From positions 64,727 to 128,726 of the forward strand of contig JAGASL010000025.1 in assembly GCA_017621755.1 (NCBI GenBank): a DNA stretch of 64,000 bases, written 5' to 3'. Positions 18,089 to 25,717 of the stretch are shown here, in pieces. Numbering within the stretch: the first letter of the stretch is position 1; each line of letters opens with the position of its first letter. Origin of the DNA: Clostridia bacterium (GTDB lineage Bacteria; Bacillota; Clostridia; Oscillospirales; CAG-272). The translations under genes were made by a program, and so were the position numbers. Below the pieces are notes generated by a model that ran no database searches, was not told where the DNA came from, and saw only the letters and a program-made list of their open reading frames with translations.

Positions 18089-18988
18089 ATGACCTTTATT
18101 AAGCATCAAGATGGCCCGGTTTTTGGAAATGCCCAGACCGGCACGGTGTTCGACGGTTACATATGGCACGAGGGTGGGAAATACCGCATGGACTTTTCCT
18201 GGCGCGGAAAGAAGGCCTGTGCAGTAACCTTTAGTGATGACGGCATACATTGGGGAGAGCCGGTCATCACCCTTCAAAACGATCTTAGCACCGGCTGGGA
18301 GGATGATATCAACAGAAACTGCGTGCTAAAGGTGGATGGCGTATATAAAATGTGGTACACCGGCCAGGCACGAGGCTATAGCTATATCGGCTACGCGGAA
18401 AGCATGGATGGTATTCATTTCGATCGCCCTCTTTGCGAGCCGGTCATGATTCCCGAATACCCATGGGAGCGTGAATCGGTGATGAACCCTTGCGTTTTAT
18501 ATGAAAACGGCGTGTATCGCATGTGGTATTCGGCCGGCGAGACCTATGAGCCAAACGTCAACGCCTATGCCGAGAGCGAGGATGGCATTCATTGGAAAAA
18601 GAGCCGCATAAACCCTATCTTTACCCATTGTCCTGAAAACGTATATGAGCAAGACCGCGTTGGCGGCTGTCAGGTAATCCATACAAGTGATATGGGGTAC
18701 TTGATGTTTTACATAGGCTACGAGGATATCGATACGGCGCGTATATGCGTAGCAAAAAGTAAAAACGGCATTACAGGCTGGGAGCGGTCAACCCTTAATC
18801 CGCTTGTTGAGCCAACTGCGGGCGCTTGGGATAGCGATGCTACCTATAAGCCAACCGTCCTTTGGAATGAGCAGGAAGGGAAGTGGATGCTTTGGTACAA
18901 CGGCAGAACCGCTGGTGATGAGTATATGGGGTATGCCTATTATCCCATGCGTGATCTGTTCCCCGGCGCCGTGAAGGGTAAAGACTAA
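18089..18988 (+). CDS. Five-bladed beta-propeller glycosidase/phosphorylase-like protein (GH130/GH43 clan-like)
   Basis: Repeated DGIHW/DGIHF blade motifs. The ATG at 18089 follows a GGGAG RBS. The ORF track starts at a TTG at 18068. Confidence 0.55.
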   Translation: MTFIKHQDGPVFGNAQTGTVFDGYIWHEGGKYRMDFSWRGKKACAVTFSDDGIHWGEPVITLQNDLSTGWEDDINRNCVLKVDGVYKMWYTGQARGYSYIGYAESMDGIHFDRPLCEPVMIPEYPWERESVMNPCVLYENGVYRMWYSAGETYEPNVNAYAESEDGIHWKKSRINPIFTHCPENVYEQDRVGGCQVIHTSDMGYLMFYIGYEDIDTARICVAKSKNGITGWERSTLNPLVEPTAGAWDSDATYKPTVLWNEQEGKWMLWYNGRTAGDEYMGYAYYPMRDLFPGAVKGKD

Positions 18989-19014
18989 AAGAAAAAACGA
19001 AAAGCCAAAGCGTT

Positions 19015-19035
19015 GGGTTCCTAAGGACAGTTTTA
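19015..19035 (+). repeat. Left copy of a 21-bp imperfect inverted repeat (18/21) bounding the AT-rich cassette
   Basis: gggttcctaaggacagtttta compared with the reverse complement of 20557-20577 (gggtgctaaaggacagtttta). Confidence 0.5.
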
Positions 19036-19073
19036 ACAATAAAATAACAGAAAGACAAACGGTTACAGCCAGA

Positions 19074-19196
19074 GGCTCCCTTGTGTAAAGGGAGCTGTCA
19101 GCGAAGCTGACTGAGGGATTGTTTTGGTGCAAATTTTAACTTTTACAATCCCTCCGTCACGGCAAGCCGTGCCACCTCCCTTTACACAAGGGAGGC
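19074..19196. repeat. Two inverted ~50-nt units, each folding into two hairpins. A structured intergenic repeat.
   Basis: Left unit 19074-19121, right unit 19146-19196. They share 19-nt and 8-nt conserved blocks around a variable hairpin. Confidence 0.7.
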
Positions 19197-19206
19197 TTTT
19201 TTGTTT
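19175..19206 (+). terminator. Intrinsic terminator (fourth hairpin of the repeat plus a T tract)
   Basis: cctccctt-tacac-aagggagg followed by c-tttttt-g-ttt. Confidence 0.6.
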
Positions 19207-19264
19207 GTCTGCAAGTGCGCACTTACTCACCACTAATGCGGTAGTACAATTCAAATTATGAAAT

Positions 19265-19299
19265 AAGCCTCCGACAAGGATTTTTCCTATCGGAGGCTT
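19265..19299 (-). terminator. Terminator of the XRE/TPR regulator gene
   Basis: aagcctccga...tcggaggctt hairpin immediately downstream of the stop at 19305. Confidence 0.6.
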
Positions 19300-19304
19300 A
19301 ACTA

Positions 19305-20384
19305 TTAGATTTTTTCAGCGTGTTTTTCAAGATCAGCAATTATCTTCTTGAATCTTTCTTCGTTTCTCACAAGATCAAATCTGTTATCTTCTAATGCTTT
19401 TAATCTGAGATTACAATCATTACCCTTATAGTTCTTGGACGTATTTTGATTCTTGTGTTTCAAGCGGTTTGCCATTGGGGCTGTATAACTCATATCTTTC
19501 AAATTGGCTTCAATGATTGCATATCTGCAACTTTCTTCAAGGTAGTTTAGAGTGTTTTCCTTATCACCTAATTCACCATATTGAAATGCAATATAAAGAT
19601 AATATAATGAAAGATCGTGGGCGTAAAATCCAACATTATCATCCGAAAACAAACGCTTTAATATGTCGATGGCAAAAGTGTATACCTCAATATTCTCCAA
19701 CGGAGAAAACTTTGTTTTTGAAGTCATAGTCACAGCACTCATTGCTGCACTGTGAATTAAAGTTTCAATATAACTTTGACAAGCAACAACGCCTTCTTCA
19801 CCTTGAAGAATCGTAGATTTTAATCCCTCTCTTGTTGCATGGATGCTTCCACCCATATTGGCGTAATATAAAGCTTTTTCATTATCGATGCCATCATAAG
19901 TATAGCATAAATATTGGACGGCGTGCTCTCTTTGCATTGCATTGGTTGACTTTGTTAAAAGCTCTTCTCCAAGGGCAATAATGCGATTAGCTTCGTCCTT
20001 GGGACAAGGATATTGAGCCTTCCGATTTATTGCAAACATCAATTGCTCAATTACATCGCAGTTGTTCGGAAATTCGGTATAAGCCTTTTCCCATAGTTCG
20101 AGATTTTTATCATTCTCTCCGTTATTTTGATAGATCGCGGCTTGCCGTTTATATTTAGTAATCGCTTCTTCCACTCTTACCTGATCTACACAAAGCAATT
20201 CATCAACTGTCACATCAAAGTAAAATGCGATTTTGGGTAGCAAAGTGATGTCCGGAAAACCTTCTCCGCGTTCCCACTTCCCGACGGATTGTGGAGTAAT
20301 TCCGAGATGGTTGGCGAGGGCTTCTTGGGTAATGTTTTTCTGTTGTCTTAATGAGCGTAATTTTTCTTTCAAGTTAATTTTCAT
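19305..20384 (-). CDS. XRE-family HTH regulator with a long TPR-like C-terminal domain (RNPP-like architecture), AT-rich
   Basis: N-terminal LRQQKNITQEALANHLGITPQSVGKWERGEGFPDITLLPKIAFYFDVTVDELL. Helical-repeat C-terminus. Composition is much more AT-rich than the flanks. Confidence 0.8.
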   Translation of the reverse strand: MKINLKEKLRSLRQQKNITQEALANHLGITPQSVGKWERGEGFPDITLLPKIAFYFDVTVDELLCVDQVRVEEAITKYKRQAAIYQNNGENDKNLELWEKAYTEFPNNCDVIEQLMFAINRKAQYPCPKDEANRIIALGEELLTKSTNAMQREHAVQYLCYTYDGIDNEKALYYANMGGSIHATREGLKSTILQGEEGVVACQSYIETLIHSAAMSAVTMTSKTKFSPLENIEVYTFAIDILKRLFSDDNVGFYAHDLSLYYLYIAFQYGELGDKENTLNYLEESCRYAIIEANLKDMSYTAPMANRLKHKNQNTSKNYKGNDCNLRLKALEDNRFDLVRNEERFKKIIADLEKHAEKI

Positions 20385-20410
20385 AAATTCAATCCACCTT
20401 TGTTTAGATT

Positions 20411-20424
20411 GATAAGCGCTTATC
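20411..20424. promoter_or_regulatory. Perfect 14-bp palindrome in the regulator leader (candidate operator)
   Basis: gataagc|gcttatc, located between the putative promoter and the RBS of the XRE gene. Confidence 0.4.
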
Positions 20425-20556
20425 TTGACTATATTATATTAAATATTTGTTGCAATTTCAAGAACCGCAAAGTTTATTTGCGGGCGGATTTTACAACTTT
20501 TGGTTGTTCGCACTAAAAGCTTCGGCAAGGAAACTCCCTGCCGAGGCTGATTTGTA

Positions 20557-20577
20557 TAAAACTGTCCTTTAGCACCC
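20557..20577 (-). repeat. Right copy of the 21-bp imperfect inverted repeat
   Basis: See 19015-19035. Confidence 0.5.
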
Positions 20578-20601
20578 GAGGGCAAAGCTTGTCGGTTTTT
20601 C

Positions 20602-20626
20602 TGGTACGAGTAACAGGAGTTGGATC
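20602..20626 (-). repeat. Direct copy (22/25) of the 3-prime end of tRNA-Leu (att-like fragment)
   Basis: tggtacgagtaacaggagttggatc compared with tggtacgggtaacaggagttgaacc at 20789-20813. Confidence 0.65.
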
Positions 20627-20723
20627 GGGGCGGCGACACAAAGCCGAGGGGGGCGACTTTGCTCCGCCCTTTGGTCACGCGCGGCTCTGACAGCCCATGG
20701 GGCTGTCATTCACTTCCACGCTC

Positions 20724-20741
20724 GTTCAACTCCCGTCACCC
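20724..20741 (+). repeat. Inverted copy (16/18) of the tRNA-Leu T-loop/acceptor segment
   Basis: gttcaactcccgtcaccc compared with the tRNA sense strand gttcaactcctgttaccc. Confidence 0.45.
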
Positions 20742-20755
20742 TATCAACAAAAAAC

Positions 20756-20786
20756 AAAAAGGATGCTCAAATGAGCATCCTTTTTG
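20756..20786 (-). terminator. Terminator of tRNA-Leu
   Basis: aaaaaggatgctca-aatg-agcatccttttt hairpin flanked by A/T runs. Confidence 0.75.
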
Positions 20787-20788
20787 TT

Positions 20789-20871
20789 TGGTACGGGTAA
20801 CAGGAGTTGAACCTGCACGATTGCTCACCGGAACCTAAATCCGGCGCGTCTGCCAATTCCGCCATACCCGC
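20789..20871 (-). tRNA. tRNA-Leu (anticodon UAG), class II with a long variable arm and encoded CCA
   Basis: Manual fold: acceptor GCGGGTA, anticodon stem ccgga/tccgg with loop tt-TAG-gt, T arm GCAGG-TTCAACT-CCTGT, 3-prime end ACCA. Confidence 0.9.
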
Positions 20872-20881
20872 GTACTCCTAT

Positions 20882-20910
20882 ATTTTAGCATATTCTTTTG
20901 CGCCTGTCAA
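20882..20910 (-). promoter_or_regulatory. Sigma-A promoter of tRNA-Leu
   Basis: TTGACA, 17-nt spacer, TAAAAT (with TGc extension), about 10 nt upstream of the mature 5-prime end. Confidence 0.65.
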
Positions 20911-20928
20911 GACAAAATTTGAAAGAAT

Positions 20929-20953
20929 GCGGCACCTGCTATGCAGGTGCCGC
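20929..20953 (-). terminator. Hairpin downstream of the beta-helix gene
   Basis: gcggcacctgc-tat-gcaggtgccgc. The U tract is weak on the minus strand. Confidence 0.5.
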
Positions 20954-20962
20954 TGTGCTTTT

Positions 20963-23900
20963 TTATGATGGGTCATCCGGGATAAGCGGGATGCCCTTGA
21001 TCGTTACGTCAGTACCGAAGATGTTCTTGTGCTTTTCAGCATGGATGTAATCATCCACCACCCAGTCCTCTTGCGAGTACTTGTTATCCGAGATCTCAAT
21101 GTTCATTGCACCGTGAATATGAATGGCCGGCTTCGGATTGGCGGCCGTTTCGGGCTCCTCGGGGTGGTATGTATAGTCGTTTCCGACAAAGCTGCCAAAA
21201 TCGTTGTTCACGATCTTCACGTCTTTTGCCGAGTTTACGTATACGGCATAGTCGGTGGTGCGGTTCTTGATCACGTTGTTTGAGATGGTGATGTTCTTGT
21301 AGAGCAGGTAATCCTCTTCAACAGACGAGCCAAGACCGGTGATCGAGATGGTAGCGTACAGATCTTGGTTGACGAAGTAGCCGGTGTGATCAAACAGGTT
21401 GCGGTCTACCAGCAGGTTTTCCGTAACGCCGGATTCGCCGTAATACAGCTCATACAGGATAGCCGCGCAAGCCATGCCGATATTGCGGAAGGTGCAGTTG
21501 GTAATGGTACCGTTCGAGGCCTTGATCAAAAGACCGCGAGAGCGGATGTTCTGAATCTTGCAGTTGTCAAAATTGAAGTAGTTACAGCACATGTCCATAT
21601 TATCAACCATGACCTTATGGGTGTCTTCCTGGCTGTCATCGGAAAGGTCAAAGCCCTCCAGCGCTTCCAGATTAACTGATGCGGTCGGTACAAGCACACC
21701 GTGCAGAGGAATGGTGGCACCGGGCACGGTGCTAAGCGGCTCGGTCTCCTTCAAGTCAACTGAGGCGGAAAGCGCCTTCGTATCGCATACCAAGCGACCC
21801 TGCGAGTTGTAAACGTAGACACGCTGGCCTTCTGCAAAGGCAACCCGTGGGCCATTGGAGATCAGTAAGGAGCCGTTGTTAAGAACGACTCCGCGCTTGG
21901 AAAGCGCCGGCTTGAACACGAGCATGGTCGTACCGTTGCCCTGGTCGCGTACGTCGGCCAGGCGGTCATGATGCGCGTGCTGGTTAGTGGCATCGTCGCA
22001 CATGTTTTCAAAGAGGCAGGAGGTCGCCTGCGAGCCCTCGGCACATGCAACAACGTGGGTAGCATCAATCGAGCCAATGTGGGGCAGAGAACCGCGGTGG
22101 CGGCCAAGCTCATCGATCGAAACCTCCAGATCTACGCCGTACTTCTCCTCTAACGCCAGATACTTGTTGTACAGCGTCTCGTCGATGATAAAGCCGTTTT
22201 TCGTGGTGTTGGCCACGCGGTAGTATTTCACACCGGTAAGATTTCTGTTTTCATAGAAGGCCATGCCGGTAGCAGTGCCATAAAGTGTAAAGTCGACAAA
22301 GGAAATGCTGCTGCATTTGTCAATTTGGATAGCATGATTGCTCGGACCGCTCTGCTTGCGACAGGTAAGAATGTCGCCCTTGGCAAGCATGTTGTAGACG
22401 CCTTCCGTCACTTCCATGATCATGGTAGGAACGGGGGTGCTGTTGTCCTTGGTGATGGATTTGAAGCTGGTGTCACAGTAGGCGTAGAAGGTGCCCTGTC
22501 TCTGCGCGCCCATACCGGTGGTGTTGTAATACAGCGGGTTGGTATTACCAAATTCGTTCATCATACCGGCGCCGGTCACCACGCGAATGGTGTACTTGCC
22601 AGCGCTTTGCCCCAGCTTTTCCAGCACGTAGACCTGGCCGCTGGATTGCTGCTTATAGCCCACGGTAAGCCCCTTGAAGCTGAGGTTGGTAACGCTATCG
22701 CATTTGATGGGGGTAGATACGCCGGTCTGCTGCTCCATGTATACGCCATAGGCGTAAAGCGTTGTGTTGCTGTGCGCGGCGGTCAGCGACATGGTAGAGG
22801 TAAGTGTATAGGCACCGGGCGCAATGATTACCACGTCGCTCTTCTTTGCCTGTTCAAGAATATAGGCGCTCAATATCTGCGGGCGTTCGGCGGTAAGGTC
22901 AGTCACCGTCTCCTTCAGCTCCATGCCTACGAACAGCTCCTTGTTTACGTGCGGCAGCAGGGCATCGTCAGCCCCTACCTCCAGGCGGGCATCCACATCC
23001 ATCAGGCTGTCACCGTTGTGGTTCTGGTTGCCGGTCTGTACCGTCTCGTGATCCAGCGCGTCATCGGCGTAGGTATTGCCATCGGCCAGCAGATAATTGT
23101 TGTTGTTAGCCGTCAGGCGGCCGCCCATGGCGTTGTCACATACGTAAAGGTTGGTGGTGTTGCTTGCCGTGATAGAGATCAGGCTGTTCAGCACCACAGC
23201 GGTGTTCTTGACAGCAGAGATCACCAACGAGCTTTGCGCGCCGGTGATCACGTTCTGGGCAATCAGGGTGTTCAGCATATTCTCGCCCAGCACAATGCCG
23301 GTATCCTTTTCCTGCATAGAAAGCGTGCAGTTGCGCAGGTAGCCGTCAGCTGCTGAAAGCGAGATGCCGGTGCCGGTGCCCTCAAGCAGGCAGTTATAAA
23401 CGATCGTACCGACCTTGGCGGTATCGGCAATGCCGGCCTCGGTAAAGGAAAGGCAGGAATGCAGAACCGTTAAGCCGTCTCCGCCGTTAGAAATGGCAGT
23501 TTTACCGGTTATGCGGCAATCCTCAAGCAAGAGATTAGAGGAAGCGGCATCTACCGTAAGGGCCGTTGCCTGGCTGATGATCTGAACGCCCTTCATGGTA
23601 ACGTTGGCAGCGCCCTGCAGCGTTACCTCGCCCACGATCGTCAGATCCTCCAGCACAATGTCATGCCCGCCGGCAAATACAACGCCGTTCGGTGCGATCA
23701 AGATTGCGCCTTCGCCGTCATAGGCCTTGTTGATCGCATTGTTAAAGGTCAGCGCTTTTCCATCCGTAATGCGAAAGACCTTTCCAACTCCCTTGTCGGC
23801 ACCGCGGAAAAAGCCGTTGGCGGTGATCTCCTCTGCGCCAGCATCATCATATACGGCAGGGGTCATCGCAGCAGAATCGGCTGCCAGTGTGGCGCCGGCG

Positions 23901-24130
23901 CCTTCGATAGCGGCACCGTTGCTGTACGGGGTATCTCCCGGTGTTGGCTTGTCATTGCCGCCGCTCTCGTCGGTGCCGGGGTTATCTACGGGCGGGTCGT
24001 CGCCGCTTGGTGGCGTGGGCGTTGGCGGCGTAGGGCCGGGGGCAGGGCAGGCACAAAGCGAAAAAACTGTGCCAAACGTCAGCAGCATGCATAGCAGGGT
24101 GCGGGGCCATTTCTTATTTGCTTTTTTCAC
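20963..24130 (-). CDS. Right-handed parallel beta-helix repeat lipoprotein (1055 aa), pectate-lyase-fold surface protein
   Basis: GTG start after AGGAGA. Lipobox region FSLCAC. Pro/Thr-rich linker. Many N/G/T-rich beta-helix coils (NVTMKGVQIIS, LLEDCRITG, NCTFRNIG). Confidence 0.75.
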   Translation of the reverse strand: MKKANKKWPRTLLCMLLTFGTVFSLCACPAPGPTPPTPTPPSGDDPPVDNPGTDESGGNDKPTPGDTPYSNGAAIEGAGATLAADSAAMTPAVYDDAGAEEITANGFFRGADKGVGKVFRITDGKALTFNNAINKAYDGEGAILIAPNGVVFAGGHDIVLEDLTIVGEVTLQGAANVTMKGVQIISQATALTVDAASSNLLLEDCRITGKTAISNGGDGLTVLHSCLSFTEAGIADTAKVGTIVYNCLLEGTGTGISLSAADGYLRNCTLSMQEKDTGIVLGENMLNTLIAQNVITGAQSSLVISAVKNTAVVLNSLISITASNTTNLYVCDNAMGGRLTANNNNYLLADGNTYADDALDHETVQTGNQNHNGDSLMDVDARLEVGADDALLPHVNKELFVGMELKETVTDLTAERPQILSAYILEQAKKSDVVIIAPGAYTLTSTMSLTAAHSNTTLYAYGVYMEQQTGVSTPIKCDSVTNLSFKGLTVGYKQQSSGQVYVLEKLGQSAGKYTIRVVTGAGMMNEFGNTNPLYYNTTGMGAQRQGTFYAYCDTSFKSITKDNSTPVPTMIMEVTEGVYNMLAKGDILTCRKQSGPSNHAIQIDKCSSISFVDFTLYGTATGMAFYENRNLTGVKYYRVANTTKNGFIIDETLYNKYLALEEKYGVDLEVSIDELGRHRGSLPHIGSIDATHVVACAEGSQATSCLFENMCDDATNQHAHHDRLADVRDQGNGTTMLVFKPALSKRGVVLNNGSLLISNGPRVAFAEGQRVYVYNSQGRLVCDTKALSASVDLKETEPLSTVPGATIPLHGVLVPTASVNLEALEGFDLSDDSQEDTHKVMVDNMDMCCNYFNFDNCKIQNIRSRGLLIKASNGTITNCTFRNIGMACAAILYELYYGESGVTENLLVDRNLFDHTGYFVNQDLYATISITGLGSSVEEDYLLYKNITISNNVIKNRTTDYAVYVNSAKDVKIVNNDFGSFVGNDYTYHPEEPETAANPKPAIHIHGAMNIEISDNKYSQEDWVVDDYIHAEKHKNIFGTDVTIKGIPLIPDDPS

Positions 24131-24210
24131 GGTGGTTCTCCTTGTATAAATCGGTTGGGGAACAAAATCAGGGATTTTATGGACGTATTGCCTATAAAAA
24201 ACCTATCAAT

Positions 24211-24239
24211 ATTTTATCACAAGCGCCTGCACGTAGCAA
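24211..24239 (-). promoter_or_regulatory. Candidate promoter of the beta-helix gene
   Basis: TTGCTA, 17-nt spacer, TAAAAT with TGa extension. Confidence 0.45.
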
Positions 24240-24278
24240 TGTCAGGGCAGGACATCGAAATGTCAATTTCCGACAGCA

Positions 24279-24971
24279 TTACTTCTTCTCGCCGGGAATT
24301 TCTTCCGGCACGCGCCAGTCGATGGGCGCAATACCGTTTGCCTGTAAAAAGGCATTGACCCGCGAAAACGGACGGCTGCCGAAAAAGCCGTGGTGCGCTG
24401 AAAGCGGGCTGGGGTGCGCTGATTCAAAGATGCCGTGGATGGGGTTGGTGATCAGCTGCTTCTTGGCCCGTGCGTTGCTGCCCCATAAAATGAAGGCAAT
24501 GGGGTGGTCGGCCTCGTTCAGCAGACGGATCACGGCATCGGTAAAGGTATCCCACCCTTGCCCGCGGTGGCTGTTTGCCTGGCCGCGCCGCACCGTCAGC
24601 GTTGTGTTCAGCAGCAAAATGCCCTCCCGCGCCCAGGCGCTTAGGCAGCCGTGTGAGGGGGGATCAATGCCCAAATCAGCCTTCATCTCCTTATAGATGT
24701 TTTGCAGCGATGGTGGCTGCGGCACGCCCCGCATGACCGAGAAGCACAGGCCGTGTGCCTGCCCCGGCTCGTGGTAGGGGTCCTGCCCTAAAATAACGGC
24801 CTTCGTAGCGGCGCAGGACGTTGCCTGCAGGGCGTAAAAGATATGGTACATATCCGGGTAGATCTCATAGCGGCTATATTCGTTTTTCAAAAAAAGACGC
24901 AGCTTTTTATAGTAGTCCTTTTCAAATTCAGGGGCAAGCAGCCCGTCCCAGTCGTTTCCAAGCTGAACCAT
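24279..24971 (-). CDS. ung: Uracil-DNA glycosylase (family 1)
   Basis: [18 protein letters not shown] and HPSPLSA motifs. Confidence 0.92.
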   Translation of the reverse strand: MVQLGNDWDGLLAPEFEKDYYKKLRLFLKNEYSRYEIYPDMYHIFYALQATSCAATKAVILGQDPYHEPGQAHGLCFSVMRGVPQPPSLQNIYKEMKADLGIDPPSHGCLSAWAREGILLLNTTLTVRRGQANSHRGQGWDTFTDAVIRLLNEADHPIAFILWGSNARAKKQLITNPIHGIFESAHPSPLSAHHGFFGSRPFSRVNAFLQANGIAPIDWRVPEEIPGEKK

Positions 24972-24997
24972 AGGGGCACACCTTTCTTTTTTTCTTC

Positions 24998-25026
24998 AGT
25001 ATATCATAAAAAGCGAAAAAAAGCAA
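24998..25026 (-). promoter_or_regulatory. Candidate sigma-A promoter of ung
   Basis: TTGCTT, 17-nt spacer, TATACT with TGa extension. Confidence 0.5.
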
Positions 25027-25036
25027 TTCCTTCGCT

Positions 25037-25066
25037 GCATAAAGCCGAGAAAAGAGGGGAATGATA
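25037..25066 (+). promoter_or_regulatory. Candidate forespore sigma (F/G-type) promoter of spoIIR
   Basis: GCATA, 18-nt spacer, AATGATA compared with the remembered consensus GHATR-18-CATnHTA. One mismatch. Confidence 0.35.
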
Positions 25067-25089
25067 CGGTAACCAAAAAGGAGGCTTTT

Positions 25090-25683
25090 ATGAAAAGGGT
25101 ACTTATTTACACAGCAGGGCTGGTGCTTTGCATGCTGCTTCTTGGCGTGATGCCGATCTCCGGCGAGGAAGAGATCTATGACAATGTGATCCGCCTGCAT
25201 ATTCTGGCCAATTCCGATAGCGAGGCTGATCAAGCAGACAAGCTGGCCGTGCGCAACGCGATCTTAGCGGAATATCGCACCGTATTAACAGCCGCAAGCA
25301 CCGAGGAGGCAACAAAGCGCGTGGAGACCTTGTTGCCGGAAATAGAAAAAACAGCGCAAAAAACCTTGGCAGATCGCGGCAACGCGGCAGAGGTGGCCGT
25401 CACCTTCACCGAAGAGACATACCCCGAGCGGATATATGAGGGACTGCATTTTCCGGCTGGGCGCTATCGCTCTTTGCGTGTGCTGATCGGCGAGGGGGAA
25501 GGGAAAAACTGGTGGTGCGTGCTCTTTCCGCCGCTTTGCGTAGGGGCGGCGACCGAGGAGATCTCCGTTACCCAGCCAGTCGAGCCACCGCCCGGGCTTG
25601 GCGAGAGCAGTTGGCGCCTTGTCAGCCAAAGTGGGGAATACGAGATCCGCTTCAAGCTGCTGGAATGGTTGATGGGGAAGTGA
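25090..25683 (+). CDS. spoIIR: Stage II sporulation protein R
   Basis: IRLHILANSDSEADQADKLAVRNAIL and NWWCVLFPPLC motifs. Confidence 0.88.
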   Translation: MKRVLIYTAGLVLCMLLLGVMPISGEEEIYDNVIRLHILANSDSEADQADKLAVRNAILAEYRTVLTAASTEEATKRVETLLPEIEKTAQKTLADRGNAAEVAVTFTEETYPERIYEGLHFPAGRYRSLRVLIGEGEGKNWWCVLFPPLCVGAATEEISVTQPVEPPPGLGESSWRLVSQSGEYEIRFKLLEWLMGK

Positions 25684-25717
25684 AAAATATCCTTCGGTAA
25701 TTGCCGAAGGATATTTT
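25684..25717. terminator. Bidirectional terminator
   Basis: aaaatatccttcgg-taattg-ccgaaggatatttt. Confidence 0.75.

Noticed and set aside
19063-19254. A Cys-rich 63-aa ORF downstream of the RNPP-like regulator, considered as a possible signalling peptide or bacteriocin precursor.
   Set aside because: It needs a TTG start with no RBS. It is separated from the regulator by a terminator. It is simply the read-through translation of the hairpin repeat at 19074-19196.
20602-20788. Possibility that the GC-rich structured segment next to tRNA-Leu is a tmRNA, a second tRNA or another known small RNA.
   Set aside because: It is too short for tmRNA and overlaps nothing with a GGGG 5-prime end. No cloverleaf can be drawn, because only the T-loop/acceptor part is tRNA-like. 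It is kept as an att-like repeat finding instead.
22325-24149. Plus-strand ORFs of 140-343 aa inside the beta-helix gene. Similar shadow ORFs lie at 34799-36082, 46877-47761, 48721-49752, 54458-55867 and 61223-61798.
   Set aside because: The reasons are the same as for the ORFs above. They mirror well-supported genes on the other strand and have no start context or recognisable domains.
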